From the NCBI GenBank assembly GCA_038153405.1, contig JAYOYH010000010.1, forward strand, positions 31,520 through 95,519: a stretch of 64,000 nucleotides of DNA, given 5' to 3'. Below the pieces are notes generated by a model, which did not search any database, was not told the DNA's origin, and was given only the letters and a program-made list of their open reading frames with translations. The first letter of the stretch is position 1; every line of letters starts with the position of its first letter. This DNA comes from Gemmatimonadota bacterium. GTDB taxonomy: Bacteria > Latescibacterota > UBA2968 > UBA8231. Position numbers and translations under genes: made by a program. This document shows positions 8,908 to 17,840 of the stretch, one piece after another.

Positions 8908-9765
8908 CTATTTATCTTCTTCCTGCTCATCCTGAGCCCGAAAGCGTATTTGTTTTACGTGGTGCATGCCAATGGAAAACGGGCCAGAAGGGGTCTTTCC
9001 CGTCAAGGCCGCATTGACGCGGTCGTAATAGCTCCTGTCGGTTTCCCCCGACAGGCGCACGGTGCTGGCATCGACAGTGCCCATCACCGTTCGCCCGTTC
9101 CAGTAGATGGCCGTGATGGGGCGAAACTCCTCGGCGGAGCCGCTGTCGTCGAAATCTATTTTGTCGACTTTGTCCAGGGGGATAAAACGCTTGTTGCGAC
9201 CGCGAAAAAAGTCGAGGCGCAGCTTGCCGCGAAAGCGCAGGTCTTCCACTTCGAAGCGCTTGCCCTCCAACGTGATGACGGTAGCCTTTAATACGGGCTC
9301 CTCGACGACCTCCTCGCCTTCGGGGTGCTGCAGGATGATTTCCTGCACATCGCTGACCAAGATGAAGAACGGCCCCAGCGATGTGACGCCCGTAAAGCGC
9401 CGGCCGCTGCTGCCTCCTCCAACTGCGTCCTGGTGCGGAGCTGCCCCACCACCGGTCAACATGAGGCCCCTCTCTTTCTTTCCAGACCGCATCGACAGAG
9501 ATACGGCCTGTTCCTCGTCTCTTCCCTCCCCTTCAAAGCGGATTCGATCGATCAGTACTAATTGCAGCATTCGCCGCTGATCGCCGATATAGACTTCGAT
9601 TTCTTGACGTCCCTGATACGCAAAGCGCTCTACCTTGTGCTGGTTACCATAGCGATCAATCACGATCGCCTGCGCGGCCCCTCCTTCGATAACGCCGCAC
9701 AGAGTGAGCAATAGACCGAGCAACACTATCAGGTGACTACGAGCCTGTTCACGTGTAGATTTCAT
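8908..9765 (-). CDS. Secreted hypothetical protein with two-fold internal repeat
   Basis: N-terminal hydrophobic signal; halves align (LVLIDRIRFEG / LDKVDKIDFDD; TGVTSLGPFFI / TGKTPSGPFSI). Confidence 0.75.
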   Translation of the reverse strand: MKSTREQARSHLIVLLGLLLTLCGVIEGGAAQAIVIDRYGNQHKVERFAYQGRQEIEVYIGDQRRMLQLVLIDRIRFEGEGRDEEQAVSLSMRSGKKERGLMLTGGGAAPHQDAVGGGSSGRRFTGVTSLGPFFILVSDVQEIILQHPEGEEVVEEPVLKATVITLEGKRFEVEDLRFRGKLRLDFFRGRNKRFIPLDKVDKIDFDDSGSAEEFRPITAIYWNGRTVMGTVDASTVRLSGETDRSYYDRVNAALTGKTPSGPFSIGMHHVKQIRFRAQDEQEEDK

Positions 9766-9789
9766 ACAGATCGCTCCGCGTTGAGTCTA

Positions 9790-10479
9790 TTATTGTTCGC
9801 CTTCGTCGGCCGCCCCTTCGCCGGGCTGTCCCGGAGTCGGCGGAGGTCCGATAATGATATTCTGCGTCTGGCCCATATTGACCTGCACCGGACGAATCTC
9901 ATCGCTGCCGCTGCTGGACAAGTTTTCAATGCGCACTTTGTACTCGCCGGTCGGCACGATAAAATACCGCACTTCGGTCGACGTCATGCCGCGCCCTAGA
10001 ACCGTGCGCAGATTGTAGTCATATATAAGAAAGGGCACCTGGCGACGCTCGCTGCCCTCAAAGAAGATGAGCTGAAAGCGCCCAATGGGAATGGTCGCAT
10101 ACACTTCCTGTCCCATATTGACCTGCACTTCCTTCTCCACGCTGTCCTCGACATCCGTATTGACCACGACCAAATAGGATCCCGGCGGCAGATCGACGTA
10201 CTGGGGAAAGGCGCCATAACCCGTTTCGTAGCCGACGGGCGAACTAGCCGCAGAGCGCGGCGAATCGGCATACACCTCTTCGCCCGTATCGTTATCAATG
10301 ACGTAGAAGTTGACCTCGTTGATTCCGCCCGCTTCCAACATGAGACGGCCCTTGCCCTCGGCAATCGGCGGTGGACCGTAGGCTGTGCCGCTACCGGTCG
10401 TGGCACAGCCTACCAACGCGACGAGCAGCGCAAAACAAGCGCAAAACCAAACCCTATTCCGCAACCATCCTGTAATCAT
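9790..10479 (-). CDS. Lipoprotein with two ~80-aa beta-sandwich-like repeats
   Basis: True start is probably ATG 10479 (SD GAGGAGG); lipobox LVG-C; VQVNMGQ occurs twice. Confidence 0.75.
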   Translation of the reverse strand: MITGWLRNRVWFCACFALLVALVGCATTGSGTAYGPPPIAEGKGRLMLEAGGINEVNFYVIDNDTGEEVYADSPRSAASSPVGYETGYGAFPQYVDLPPGSYLVVVNTDVEDSVEKEVQVNMGQEVYATIPIGRFQLIFFEGSERRQVPFLIYDYNLRTVLGRGMTSTEVRYFIVPTGEYKVRIENLSSSGSDEIRPVQVNMGQTQNIIIGPPPTPGQPGEGAADEGEQ

Positions 10480-10550
10480 TGTGCCTACCCTCCTCTGGCA
10501 TTTGAGCCAATAGCCCGTTAAGCGGCCAGACCGCAATGCCTTCATTGCTC

Positions 10551-12143
10551 CTAATGAACGCGCAGCGGCACTAGCGTGAAGTGACGCGATGCATCGGACT
10601 GGCTCTTCACATGAGAAAGAAACCTTTTCTCGTCTCTCCACAAGTGGGGATACGAAGCGGGGGTGGAAACCCCTCGCTCTACCAGCACGCGCCAGAATGC
10701 CTTGTCGCGCATGGCAAAGGCTGTGGCGACCAAGAAAAAGTCCGCGCCGGCTTCGGCCAAGCTGTCTAGGCGCGAAATGGAAAATGCGTCCGGCGTGAGC
10801 TGCCAGCCCTTGCGATGGCAATAGTATAACATGGTCGGACTCTGTGCGCGAAACGGCGCGCCGGCGTTTTCGTCCAGATCGCCAACGACTAGCAGGGCGT
10901 CGCTCGGCACCTTGGTATCGACGATCTTTCCCGCAGCAAAACAGCTCTCGTAGTAGGCGTGTAGATTATTGGGCTGTTCGTAGTAGGGGCTCAGCGCTCC
11001 GGCGCTGTGCGCCAGCGTTACGCCGCTCACAACGCCTAAGAAGACGACGCGCGGGACTGCGTTTCCGTTCCGCATCCAAGCGGCGCGGTGCATCCACTGG
11101 TAGAGCCAATCGACTCCGCGCGCAGCCAACAGCGCCCCGAACGGCACAAAGGGCAACTGGTAGTAGTGCAGCTTGCGATTGCCCTCTGGCACAAGTGCCA
11201 AATACAGCAACAGCCCCAATGCCCAACCCCACAGTCCCCAGGCATGCCGCGCCCTCTGCTTCCATAAGGCGAACGCACCCATCCCCAGCGCCGCGGCACC
11301 CACTGGCGTATAAACCACGTCGATAAAACGCCAGCCCATCTGTTTGTAAAAATCAATGGACCACAGCACGCTTCGATCCCACTTATCGTAGCCGTAGCGG
11401 TTCCAGATGCCAAACGTCAGGCCCGTCTCGGCAAACAAATCTGCCGCGTGCGCATACCACATCGCGGCGGGCAGCAGCACTGCTAGTGCATAGACCCATA
11501 GGGCAGGGCGCAAGAGAAATCGCCATCCCCAGCGCTCCAAAGCGAGCCCGACCAAGGCAAAGCCGAGGTACAGGGTGGGAATCTTAACCATGAAGCACAG
11601 CGCAGCGCTGGCAGCGGCACCCAAAGCGTACGGTAAACGCCCGCTCTCCGCCCAGCAATGGAACAGCAGCAGCGCCGCTACGCTCAGCAGGAGCATGAGC
11701 GGCTCGGGCATAAAAACGCGTCCGAAATATATGCTGAGCGGGGTGAAGAGAAAGAAGAATACTGCCCACAGAGCGACCCGTTCGTCGCCGAATATTCGCC
11801 GGGCAAAAACAAATAGCAGAAAGGCCGCTGCCAGCGAAAACAGGGCAGAGATCAGGCGTCCCAACCCTTCGTGGACGCCCCCGTAGACACCGTATACCGC
11901 GGCGACTATAAAAGGATACAGGGGAAAATTCATTTCTACGAAGCCGGGCGTATTGCCGCGCCAGTCGACCCGGGGGTAGAGCAGATCGTACCCCTCTTCG
12001 TAAAAGTTGCGCGCAATCGCCGCCGTATCCGTCTGGCGCCACGCCTGTTTGTCTATGAGGGGTTCGCCCATCTCGACGAGGCGCACAGCCAACCCCAACG
12101 CCAGCATCCCCAGCAGCCACAGCCGGGCGGTCTGCCTGGACAT
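10551..12143 (-). CDS. GT-C glycosyltransferase, family 39 / ArnT-like (PMT_2)
   Basis: WRQTDTAAIARNF, FPLYP, multiple TM helices, MPEPL motif. Confidence 0.8.
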   Translation of the reverse strand: MSRQTARLWLLGMLALGLAVRLVEMGEPLIDKQAWRQTDTAAIARNFYEEGYDLLYPRVDWRGNTPGFVEMNFPLYPFIVAAVYGVYGGVHEGLGRLISALFSLAAAFLLFVFARRIFGDERVALWAVFFFLFTPLSIYFGRVFMPEPLMLLLSVAALLLFHCWAESGRLPYALGAAASAALCFMVKIPTLYLGFALVGLALERWGWRFLLRPALWVYALAVLLPAAMWYAHAADLFAETGLTFGIWNRYGYDKWDRSVLWSIDFYKQMGWRFIDVVYTPVGAAALGMGAFALWKQRARHAWGLWGWALGLLLYLALVPEGNRKLHYYQLPFVPFGALLAARGVDWLYQWMHRAAWMRNGNAVPRVVFLGVVSGVTLAHSAGALSPYYEQPNNLHAYYESCFAAGKIVDTKVPSDALLVVGDLDENAGAPFRAQSPTMLYYCHRKGWQLTPDAFSISRLDSLAEAGADFFLVATAFAMRDKAFWRVLVERGVSTPASYPHLWRDEKRFLSHVKSQSDASRHFTLVPLRVH

Positions 12144-12150
12144 GAAGGCG

Positions 12151-13326
12151 TTAGAAGGGGCGCCAATGGGGAGACATATCGTCGCGGTCGTCGTTGTTCG
12201 TCAAGTTGACGGGCATACCAACGGGAGAGGGCAGATCATCCAAGTCAAAGCCGCGCGTCGATACGCGGTAAATGTCGTAGTCGTCTTCGTTCATCTTGCC
12301 CGCATAGGCAATCGACTTGCCATCACCCGACCACGTGGGCTCTTGCTCGTAGGTTTTTTCGGCGACGGAGATGCGCACCCGCGCACTGCCATCGGCATTC
12401 ATCAGCATCAACTCTTGGCCGCCAAACCGCTCTGAATTATAGGCGATGCGCTTGCCCAGCGGCCCCCAAGCGGCAAACCAATCGTATTTCTTATTGTCCG
12501 TCAGACGCACTCGATTCGAACCATCTACGGCGATGAGATAGAGCTCGTCATTGCTGTCAAAAACCGATGAAGTAAAGGCGATGAGTCGGCCATCGGGCGA
12601 CCACGAAGGTTCGCGCCCCTCGACCAGTTTGCGCTTATTGCCGCCATCGGCATCCATCAGCCAGATTGACTTATCGCCGTCGCGCTGGCTCTCAAAAGCG
12701 ATGGTCCGGCCATCGGGCGACCAGACCGCGCGCTGGTCGCGCTCGGCGTGCTCGGTCAAGCGCCGTCGATTCGAACCGTCTGCGTCCAACGCATAAATGT
12801 CGAAATTGGTCATCACATCGCCGCTGGTAAACAGGATCTGCTGGCCATCGGGCGACCAAGACGGGTGCTGCTCAAACTCGGGCGTATCGGTCAACTGGCG
12901 CCGCTCGGAGCCATCTGCGCGCATCGTAAAAAGGTCCCAGTTGCGCGCGCTCTGCGGGGTCGATGCATACAGGATAGTACCGGCCAGCGATTCGCCGGCA
13001 TTGCTCCCAGCCGGCACCTCAAAGGTGACCTTGTAGTCTTGGACCCCGCTCATTGGAGGCGCTTCCAACTCCAGCACCCGCGTATCCAGGTAGCTTCCAG
13101 CCGAGACGTTGACCACATACGTTCCGCTGCGCAACTCGGCGTCGCTGTCCGGACCGGGAAAGACGTAGGTTCCGGCCGATACCAAGTTGTTGAACTTGTA
13201 TTGCAGGTCGTTGGCATCTAAGCGCACGTGCTGCCCATCGCCGCCCTTCACCTCTATAGTAACCTGGTTTTTTCCACATGCGGCCAATAGAAAGACCGCT
13301 GCAAAAAGCGAAAAAACTATGCGCAT
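12151..13326 (-). CDS. Lipoprotein with TolB-like PD40 beta-propeller
   Basis: Lipobox LAA-C; repeated PSWSPDG/AVWSPDG and M.ADG..R.RL motifs. Confidence 0.85.
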   Translation of the reverse strand: MRIVFSLFAAVFLLAACGKNQVTIEVKGGDGQHVRLDANDLQYKFNNLVSAGTYVFPGPDSDAELRSGTYVVNVSAGSYLDTRVLELEAPPMSGVQDYKVTFEVPAGSNAGESLAGTILYASTPQSARNWDLFTMRADGSERRQLTDTPEFEQHPSWSPDGQQILFTSGDVMTNFDIYALDADGSNRRRLTEHAERDQRAVWSPDGRTIAFESQRDGDKSIWLMDADGGNKRKLVEGREPSWSPDGRLIAFTSSVFDSNDELYLIAVDGSNRVRLTDNKKYDWFAAWGPLGKRIAYNSERFGGQELMLMNADGSARVRISVAEKTYEQEPTWSGDGKSIAYAGKMNEDDYDIYRVSTRGFDLDDLPSPVGMPVNLTNNDDRDDMSPHWRPF

Positions 13327-13355
13327 ATATCCCTCCGCAACGTGTTGATATGCTC

Positions 13356-14036
13356 TCAATCCAATCCGCTGAGCCGGCGCAGGACTCCGTCCAACTCGTC
13401 AATGACGGCGGACAAATCGGCCATTCCCTGGGCTCGTATAGGTTTGCCAACGCGAAAAAAGACGCGCGAGCGCGGCCTGATATAGCTCTCGTATTCGATG
13501 CCAATGGGAACAATGGGCACTTCAATACCCCACCTTTCCTGCGTCCGCAATAGGTGCTCTACCACCTCCTTTTGCACGGGCCCCATACGGTCCTGGTAGC
13601 GCATGCCTTCGGGGTGGGAAATCACCAATTCGCCGTGCCTATACAGCCACGATAAATAGGCCTGCATATCGCTGTTGGCCTCTCGTGCACGCCGTATCGC
13701 TTCGCGCCGCTGCTCCCGATCCTTCAGCCGGCGCACATCTTTGGGGCGAGTGACCTTAACGCCGCCGGCCAGTTCCAGAATGCCCCACAAGCCGCGCTTC
13801 ATTACAAAGGTGGCAAAGCGACCCGTGTAGCGATACAGGGAAATCCCCTCGACGATAATATCCCGGTAGGCGTGGTGCTTGGGCAATAGCAGTCCTGCCC
13901 CTTCGCGCGGCAGGTTTTCGACGCCTTCGGCAACCACCTCGTGAAAGTGCAGCAACCCCGCACCGCACAAGCGCACGAGTTGGGCCAGCGCATCAATGCG
14001 CCGCAGGCTGAGGTCGTCGTCCCGCACTTCGCCCAT
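13356..14036 (-). CDS. Lysophospholipid / 1-acyl-glycerol-3-phosphate acyltransferase (PlsC family)
   Basis: VEGVENLP-like start (AEGVENLP), HX4D (HHAYRD), HPEGMR, VPIVPIGI. Confidence 0.85.
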   Translation of the reverse strand: MGEVRDDDLSLRRIDALAQLVRLCGAGLLHFHEVVAEGVENLPREGAGLLLPKHHAYRDIIVEGISLYRYTGRFATFVMKRGLWGILELAGGVKVTRPKDVRRLKDREQRREAIRRAREANSDMQAYLSWLYRHGELVISHPEGMRYQDRMGPVQKEVVEHLLRTQERWGIEVPIVPIGIEYESYIRPRSRVFFRVGKPIRAQGMADLSAVIDELDGVLRRLSGLD

Positions 14037-14044
14037 CGCAGCGC

Positions 14045-14527
14045 CTAGTGGAATAGTTCCTTGATTTTTCCCCAGGTGCTCTCGTCCACATCCGTGCTCA
14101 TATGGGCGCCAGACAGGGAACGCACGACGGGTTCCATATCGCTTCCACTGCCGTGGGAATGGATGCGCGCATCGGGGTAAACGAGCACGGCGTAGTCGCC
14201 GCTAGCGCCAGCCCGCTCGACGATGGAATCGGGGATAGCCCACTCGCCATCTATGGCTTTTGTGCGCGGCCAAACGACGCCGATTAAGTCAAAGGTATGT
14301 GCGGACGCGTTGGATATGTTCTGCCAGCTGGCCAGGCGCTCTACCTGTTGGAAGTGGTCTGGTGAGTACAAGTAGAACAGACGCAGAGTGCCATCGCCTG
14401 CCGGGCCATAGCCGCCTTCACCCGCAATCCCGCTGCCGACGAGGATAAAGCTCAAGCAACACAGCACCACACTTACCCTAGTCACAACCCACCTGCTTGC
14501 CACCTTGTTACTCGGCGCGAATCGCAT
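14045..14527 (-). CDS. Small secreted hypothetical protein with C-terminal TWGKIK motif
   Basis: Hydrophobic N-terminus; ends STDVDESTWGKIKELFH; start position uncertain. Confidence 0.65.
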   Translation of the reverse strand: MRFAPSNKVASRWVVTRVSVVLCCLSFILVGSGIAGEGGYGPAGDGTLRLFYLYSPDHFQQVERLASWQNISNASAHTFDLIGVVWPRTKAIDGEWAIPDSIVERAGASGDYAVLVYPDARIHSHGSGSDMEPVVRSLSGAHMSTDVDESTWGKIKELFH

Positions 14528-15545
14528 AATCCTTCTGTACCTCTTCCTGTCCTTCGAGAATGCGCACTAGAGACAAATGCGCGCTCAGCACCTGTTCGAT
14601 CTGCACCACGCCTACGCGGCGCGGAAGCGCCGTGCCCAGGACGGCACCCGTTTCTGGGTCCTTCAACTCTCGGCCGTGATCCCATACACCGTATTTGTTG
14701 CCGTTGGCCACCGAGTCAGCCAGACCGACGTTGATATAGGCGCGCGCGCCGTCGACGTCGATGATTTTTGGCCCGGACGAGACTTTGAGCTCCGCTGGCG
14801 GCTTGATGAGGCTATCCAGTCCGGCGGCCAACTGCAAGAGCTCCTTGCCGACCGATTTGCCCAGCAGTGTCTCGTGAAACTCCGGACTGCCCCACTCCAT
14901 TTGCCCCAGTAAAAAGTACTCTTTTTCCAGCGGGACATAGGCAGCCGGGTTCGTAATACCATAGCGCTTGCTATCTTCGACAGCTTCGCGTATCACCTCG
15001 CCTGCCGGCTGTCCGTCAATGACTTTATACGGGTAGAGGCGTATGCTGGTGAGCCCCTGATAGCTGCGGTATCCTCCAACGGGTACAGTCGCGCGAAAGC
15101 GCTTCATGCTCAGCTCATCGATCTCGCCCAAGACGACGAAGTCCGCCCCGACTCGCCGGCCCACTTCCAGTGCCCTATCGACGGAAATCCGCCCTTTTAG
15201 CTCTTTCTTATCCAGATGGACCAGCGCCGAATCGATGGGCAGCGTGCGAAAAAATTCACTGGCGTAGAGCGAATCGGCCAGGCCGCGCGGCAGCGCAGTG
15301 TAGATATCCCACTGCCCCTTGTATTTCGATTCGTCCTTAAAGGGCAGAAATAGCAGTGCCTGCGCCAGAGCGCTGGCGCTGTCTGTAGCCGCGCTAGAGG
15401 GCACAACAAAATCGGCTGCCGTCGCGCCGCCTTCCCCCGTCTTTTGCTTTGAGCCAACGCCCATGACCGGCACCGGCGACTCGCGGACCGAGGCGCAGCC
15501 CCAAACCAAACACCCCAGCAACAGCAGCATCGCCCTATGCTTCAT
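14508..15545 (-). CDS. Lipoprotein with TolB-N/CsgG-like domain and FlgT-like C-terminal domain
   Basis: Lipobox VWG-C; ALEVGRRVGADFVVLGEI; YINVGLADSVANGNKYGV...LKDPETGAVLG. Confidence 0.7.
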   Translation of the reverse strand: MKHRAMLLLLGCLVWGCASVRESPVPVMGVGSKQKTGEGGATAADFVVPSSAATDSASALAQALLFLPFKDESKYKGQWDIYTALPRGLADSLYASEFFRTLPIDSALVHLDKKELKGRISVDRALEVGRRVGADFVVLGEIDELSMKRFRATVPVGGYRSYQGLTSIRLYPYKVIDGQPAGEVIREAVEDSKRYGITNPAAYVPLEKEYFLLGQMEWGSPEFHETLLGKSVGKELLQLAAGLDSLIKPPAELKVSSGPKIIDVDGARAYINVGLADSVANGNKYGVWDHGRELKDPETGAVLGTALPRRVGVVQIEQVLSAHLSLVRILEGQEEVQKDYAIRAE

Positions 15546-16819
15546 GAGACGCGCTCCTGCAAGCGGGTGAGCACATAGGGCCCTTTGGGAATCACGGCGA
15601 TGCGCGCATCGTCGCCCCTCTCGCGCAGCGCGCGCTGAATGCCCTCTTCGACAGAGGGGACCATTTCAACCAGCACGCTGTCGCGCTGCTCTGCGCCAAT
15701 ACCCTCCGAATACATCATGACCCGTGCCTTGCGCAGCACCTTGCACAACTCCTGCAGCTGCCACTGATCGATGACGAAAAACTGCGGATCTTCCAACTGG
15801 CGCGCGAACTGCTCGACGCTCTCCGTGTTGAGCAATAGCTCGGTAAACTCGGGACTGCCAATCCCCTCGTCGCAGCGGGCCACGATCAGTACCGTGCCCC
15901 CTTCGGCCACGATCGGCAGAGCGGCTGTAAGCCCCTTGACGGCTTGATAAAAAGTCAGATCGAGCGGCAGCCCCGCGCTCGAGGTGATAACTAAGTCGGC
16001 CGGTTCGGCCAGAGCAGCGCCATTCTGCTTTTCGACAAAGGCCACGCCCTCGGCGTGCGCTTTTTCCAGATCGCCAGCAAAAATAGCGGTGATCTCGCGC
16101 CGCTCGTTCATGGCGACATTGAGCGTAAAATCGACGCCGGCGCGCTGGGCCACTTCCAGCGCCTGGCGGTGGAATGGATTGCCCTCGATAATGCCTTCAG
16201 CGGCGTTGGCATGCGATAGCAGGCGCGGGCCGTGCAAGACCCGCATCGTATCAACCCCCATCAAGCCGGGGCAAATCGCCTTGCGCCCGCCGGAATAGCC
16301 AGCCATCAGATGGGGTTCAATTAACGAGGTCGCAATCTTCAAGTCGGCTTCGACATAGAGAGTATCGATCCAGATTGGCGCACCACCCGAGGTCTCGCCC
16401 AGATAGGTGAGGGTGTCCTTATCGCGCGCCCGGTGGTTTACAACCCGGTAGTTCTGCGCAATTTCGGCGCCGACCAACTGCACTAGTTCGTCCCCTTCAT
16501 TGGGACGATGCAAGCCCGTGCCGATGAGAATAGTGATGTCCTCGCGGGCCATGCCCTCCTCTTCGAGGGTGCGCAAGATGGGCGGCAGAATCGTTGCATT
16601 GGGCACCGGTCGAGTTATATCAGCGATGACGACGCAGGCATTTTTCCGACCGGCTGCCAGTCGACGCAGCGACGGCGTGCCAATGGGATGGGCCAGCGCG
16701 TGATCGAGTCGCCCCTCAATCTGATCGAGCGCTGGCGCACCGCTCATCTGTAAGATGTGGGCGCGGTCGGGCACTTCGATCTGTAGGCCGTCCCGTCCGT
16801 AGTCCATCGTCACTTTCAT
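15542..16819 (-). CDS. larA: Nickel-pincer-dependent lactate racemase-family 2-hydroxyacid racemase/epimerase
   Basis: DITRP, GTGLHR, EPHLMAGYSGGRKAICPG, VLHG, FYQAVKG; overlaps both neighbours by 4 nt. Confidence 0.9.
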   Translation of the reverse strand: MKVTMDYGRDGLQIEVPDRAHILQMSGAPALDQIEGRLDHALAHPIGTPSLRRLAAGRKNACVVIADITRPVPNATILPPILRTLEEEGMAREDITILIGTGLHRPNEGDELVQLVGAEIAQNYRVVNHRARDKDTLTYLGETSGGAPIWIDTLYVEADLKIATSLIEPHLMAGYSGGRKAICPGLMGVDTMRVLHGPRLLSHANAAEGIIEGNPFHRQALEVAQRAGVDFTLNVAMNERREITAIFAGDLEKAHAEGVAFVEKQNGAALAEPADLVITSSAGLPLDLTFYQAVKGLTAALPIVAEGGTVLIVARCDEGIGSPEFTELLLNTESVEQFARQLEDPQFFVIDQWQLQELCKVLRKARVMMYSEGIGAEQRDSVLVEMVPSVEEGIQRALRERGDDARIAVIPKGPYVLTRLQERVS

Positions 16820-17709
16820 ATGGGCTTGCGCTCCTCTGCGAGTTTTTCTTCGAGATAGACGCGGAAAGCCGCTCCGTGTTCCGGATCCTGCAGGGCAAAA
16901 TCGGCGAATGCCTTGAAGTAGGTGAGCGGCGTGCCGATGTCGTAGCGCCGTTCGGCTCCGTTGAGACGCACGCAGCGCACGGGGGCACCGCGCTGCAGCA
17001 GAATGCGAATGGCGTCGGTTAGCCAGAGTTCGCCACCCAGCCCGGGTTTGATCGAATCGATGGCCGAAAATATCTCCGGCGTAAAGATGTAGCGTGCGGC
17101 GACAGCCAAACAGCTGGGCGCCTCCGCGATATCGGGCTTTTCCACGATATCGGCGATGGCAAAATCATCGCCAACCTCTCCCGCCGGCTGCACGACTCCA
17201 TATTTGCGCGTGTCTTCGCGCGGCACTTCCCAAACGCCAATGGTAGCTACCGAGTTGTGACGTTCGTGCGAATCGGCCATACGCTCGATAACGCGCGGCT
17301 CATCGGGCGAGTAGATAATCGTATCGCCAAAGGCAACTACAAAGGACTCATTGCCGACGAATTCGCGGGCCAATCGCACGGCATCGGCATTTCCGTCAGG
17401 ACGGCGCTGGCGCGCGTAGTAGAATTCTACACCTTGAGCGGCATAATCGACTTCGCCGATGATCTGCTCTTTGTCGGACAGCCGCGCTTCCAACTCGGGA
17501 TCTGCGTCGAAGTGATCCTCAATCGAGCGCTTTTTCCGGCCCGTTATAAAAAGGAACTTACTCAGGCCCTGTTGGATCATCTCCTCGACGACGTACTGCA
17601 CTACCGGCTTATACCCCACCGGCAACATTTCTTTTGGCTGGGATTTTGTCGCAGGCAGTAATCGAGTACCCATGCCCGCGACGGGGAAAACGGCTTTGCG
17701 AATAGACAT
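16816..17709 (-). CDS. galU: UTP--glucose-1-phosphate uridylyltransferase
   Basis: KAVFPVAGMGTRLLPATKSQPKEMLPV, IVEKP, GELWLTDAI. Confidence 0.9.
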   Translation of the reverse strand: MSIRKAVFPVAGMGTRLLPATKSQPKEMLPVGYKPVVQYVVEEMIQQGLSKFLFITGRKKRSIEDHFDADPELEARLSDKEQIIGEVDYAAQGVEFYYARQRRPDGNADAVRLAREFVGNESFVVAFGDTIIYSPDEPRVIERMADSHERHNSVATIGVWEVPREDTRKYGVVQPAGEVGDDFAIADIVEKPDIAEAPSCLAVAARYIFTPEIFSAIDSIKPGLGGELWLTDAIRILLQRGAPVRCVRLNGAERRYDIGTPLTYFKAFADFALQDPEHGAAFRVYLEEKLAEERKPI

Positions 17710-17840
17710 GTGCTTACAATCTGGCTACAAGGTGCGACTAACGGTCTAGCTGGCATAAAATAGGCCATGCTCGAACATCGAGCAACCTCGTTGTTTTTTA
17801 ACCACTTTCGCAATTTGGCAAAAGCAATTGACCGCTGTAT

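Noticed and set aside
9745..9760. parS-like CACGTG core
   Set aside because: The flanks (CTGTT/TAGAT) do not fit TGTTTCACGTGAAACA and are not palindromic.
10480..10821. N-terminal extension of the 343-aa ORF
   Set aside because: It overlaps the GT-C gene. The SD and lipoprotein signal point to ATG 10479.
12589..12858. Three copies of GGCCATCGGGCGACCA resembling a spaced repeat array
   Set aside because: They encode the WSPDG motif of PD40 repeats. Spacing and context are not CRISPR-like.
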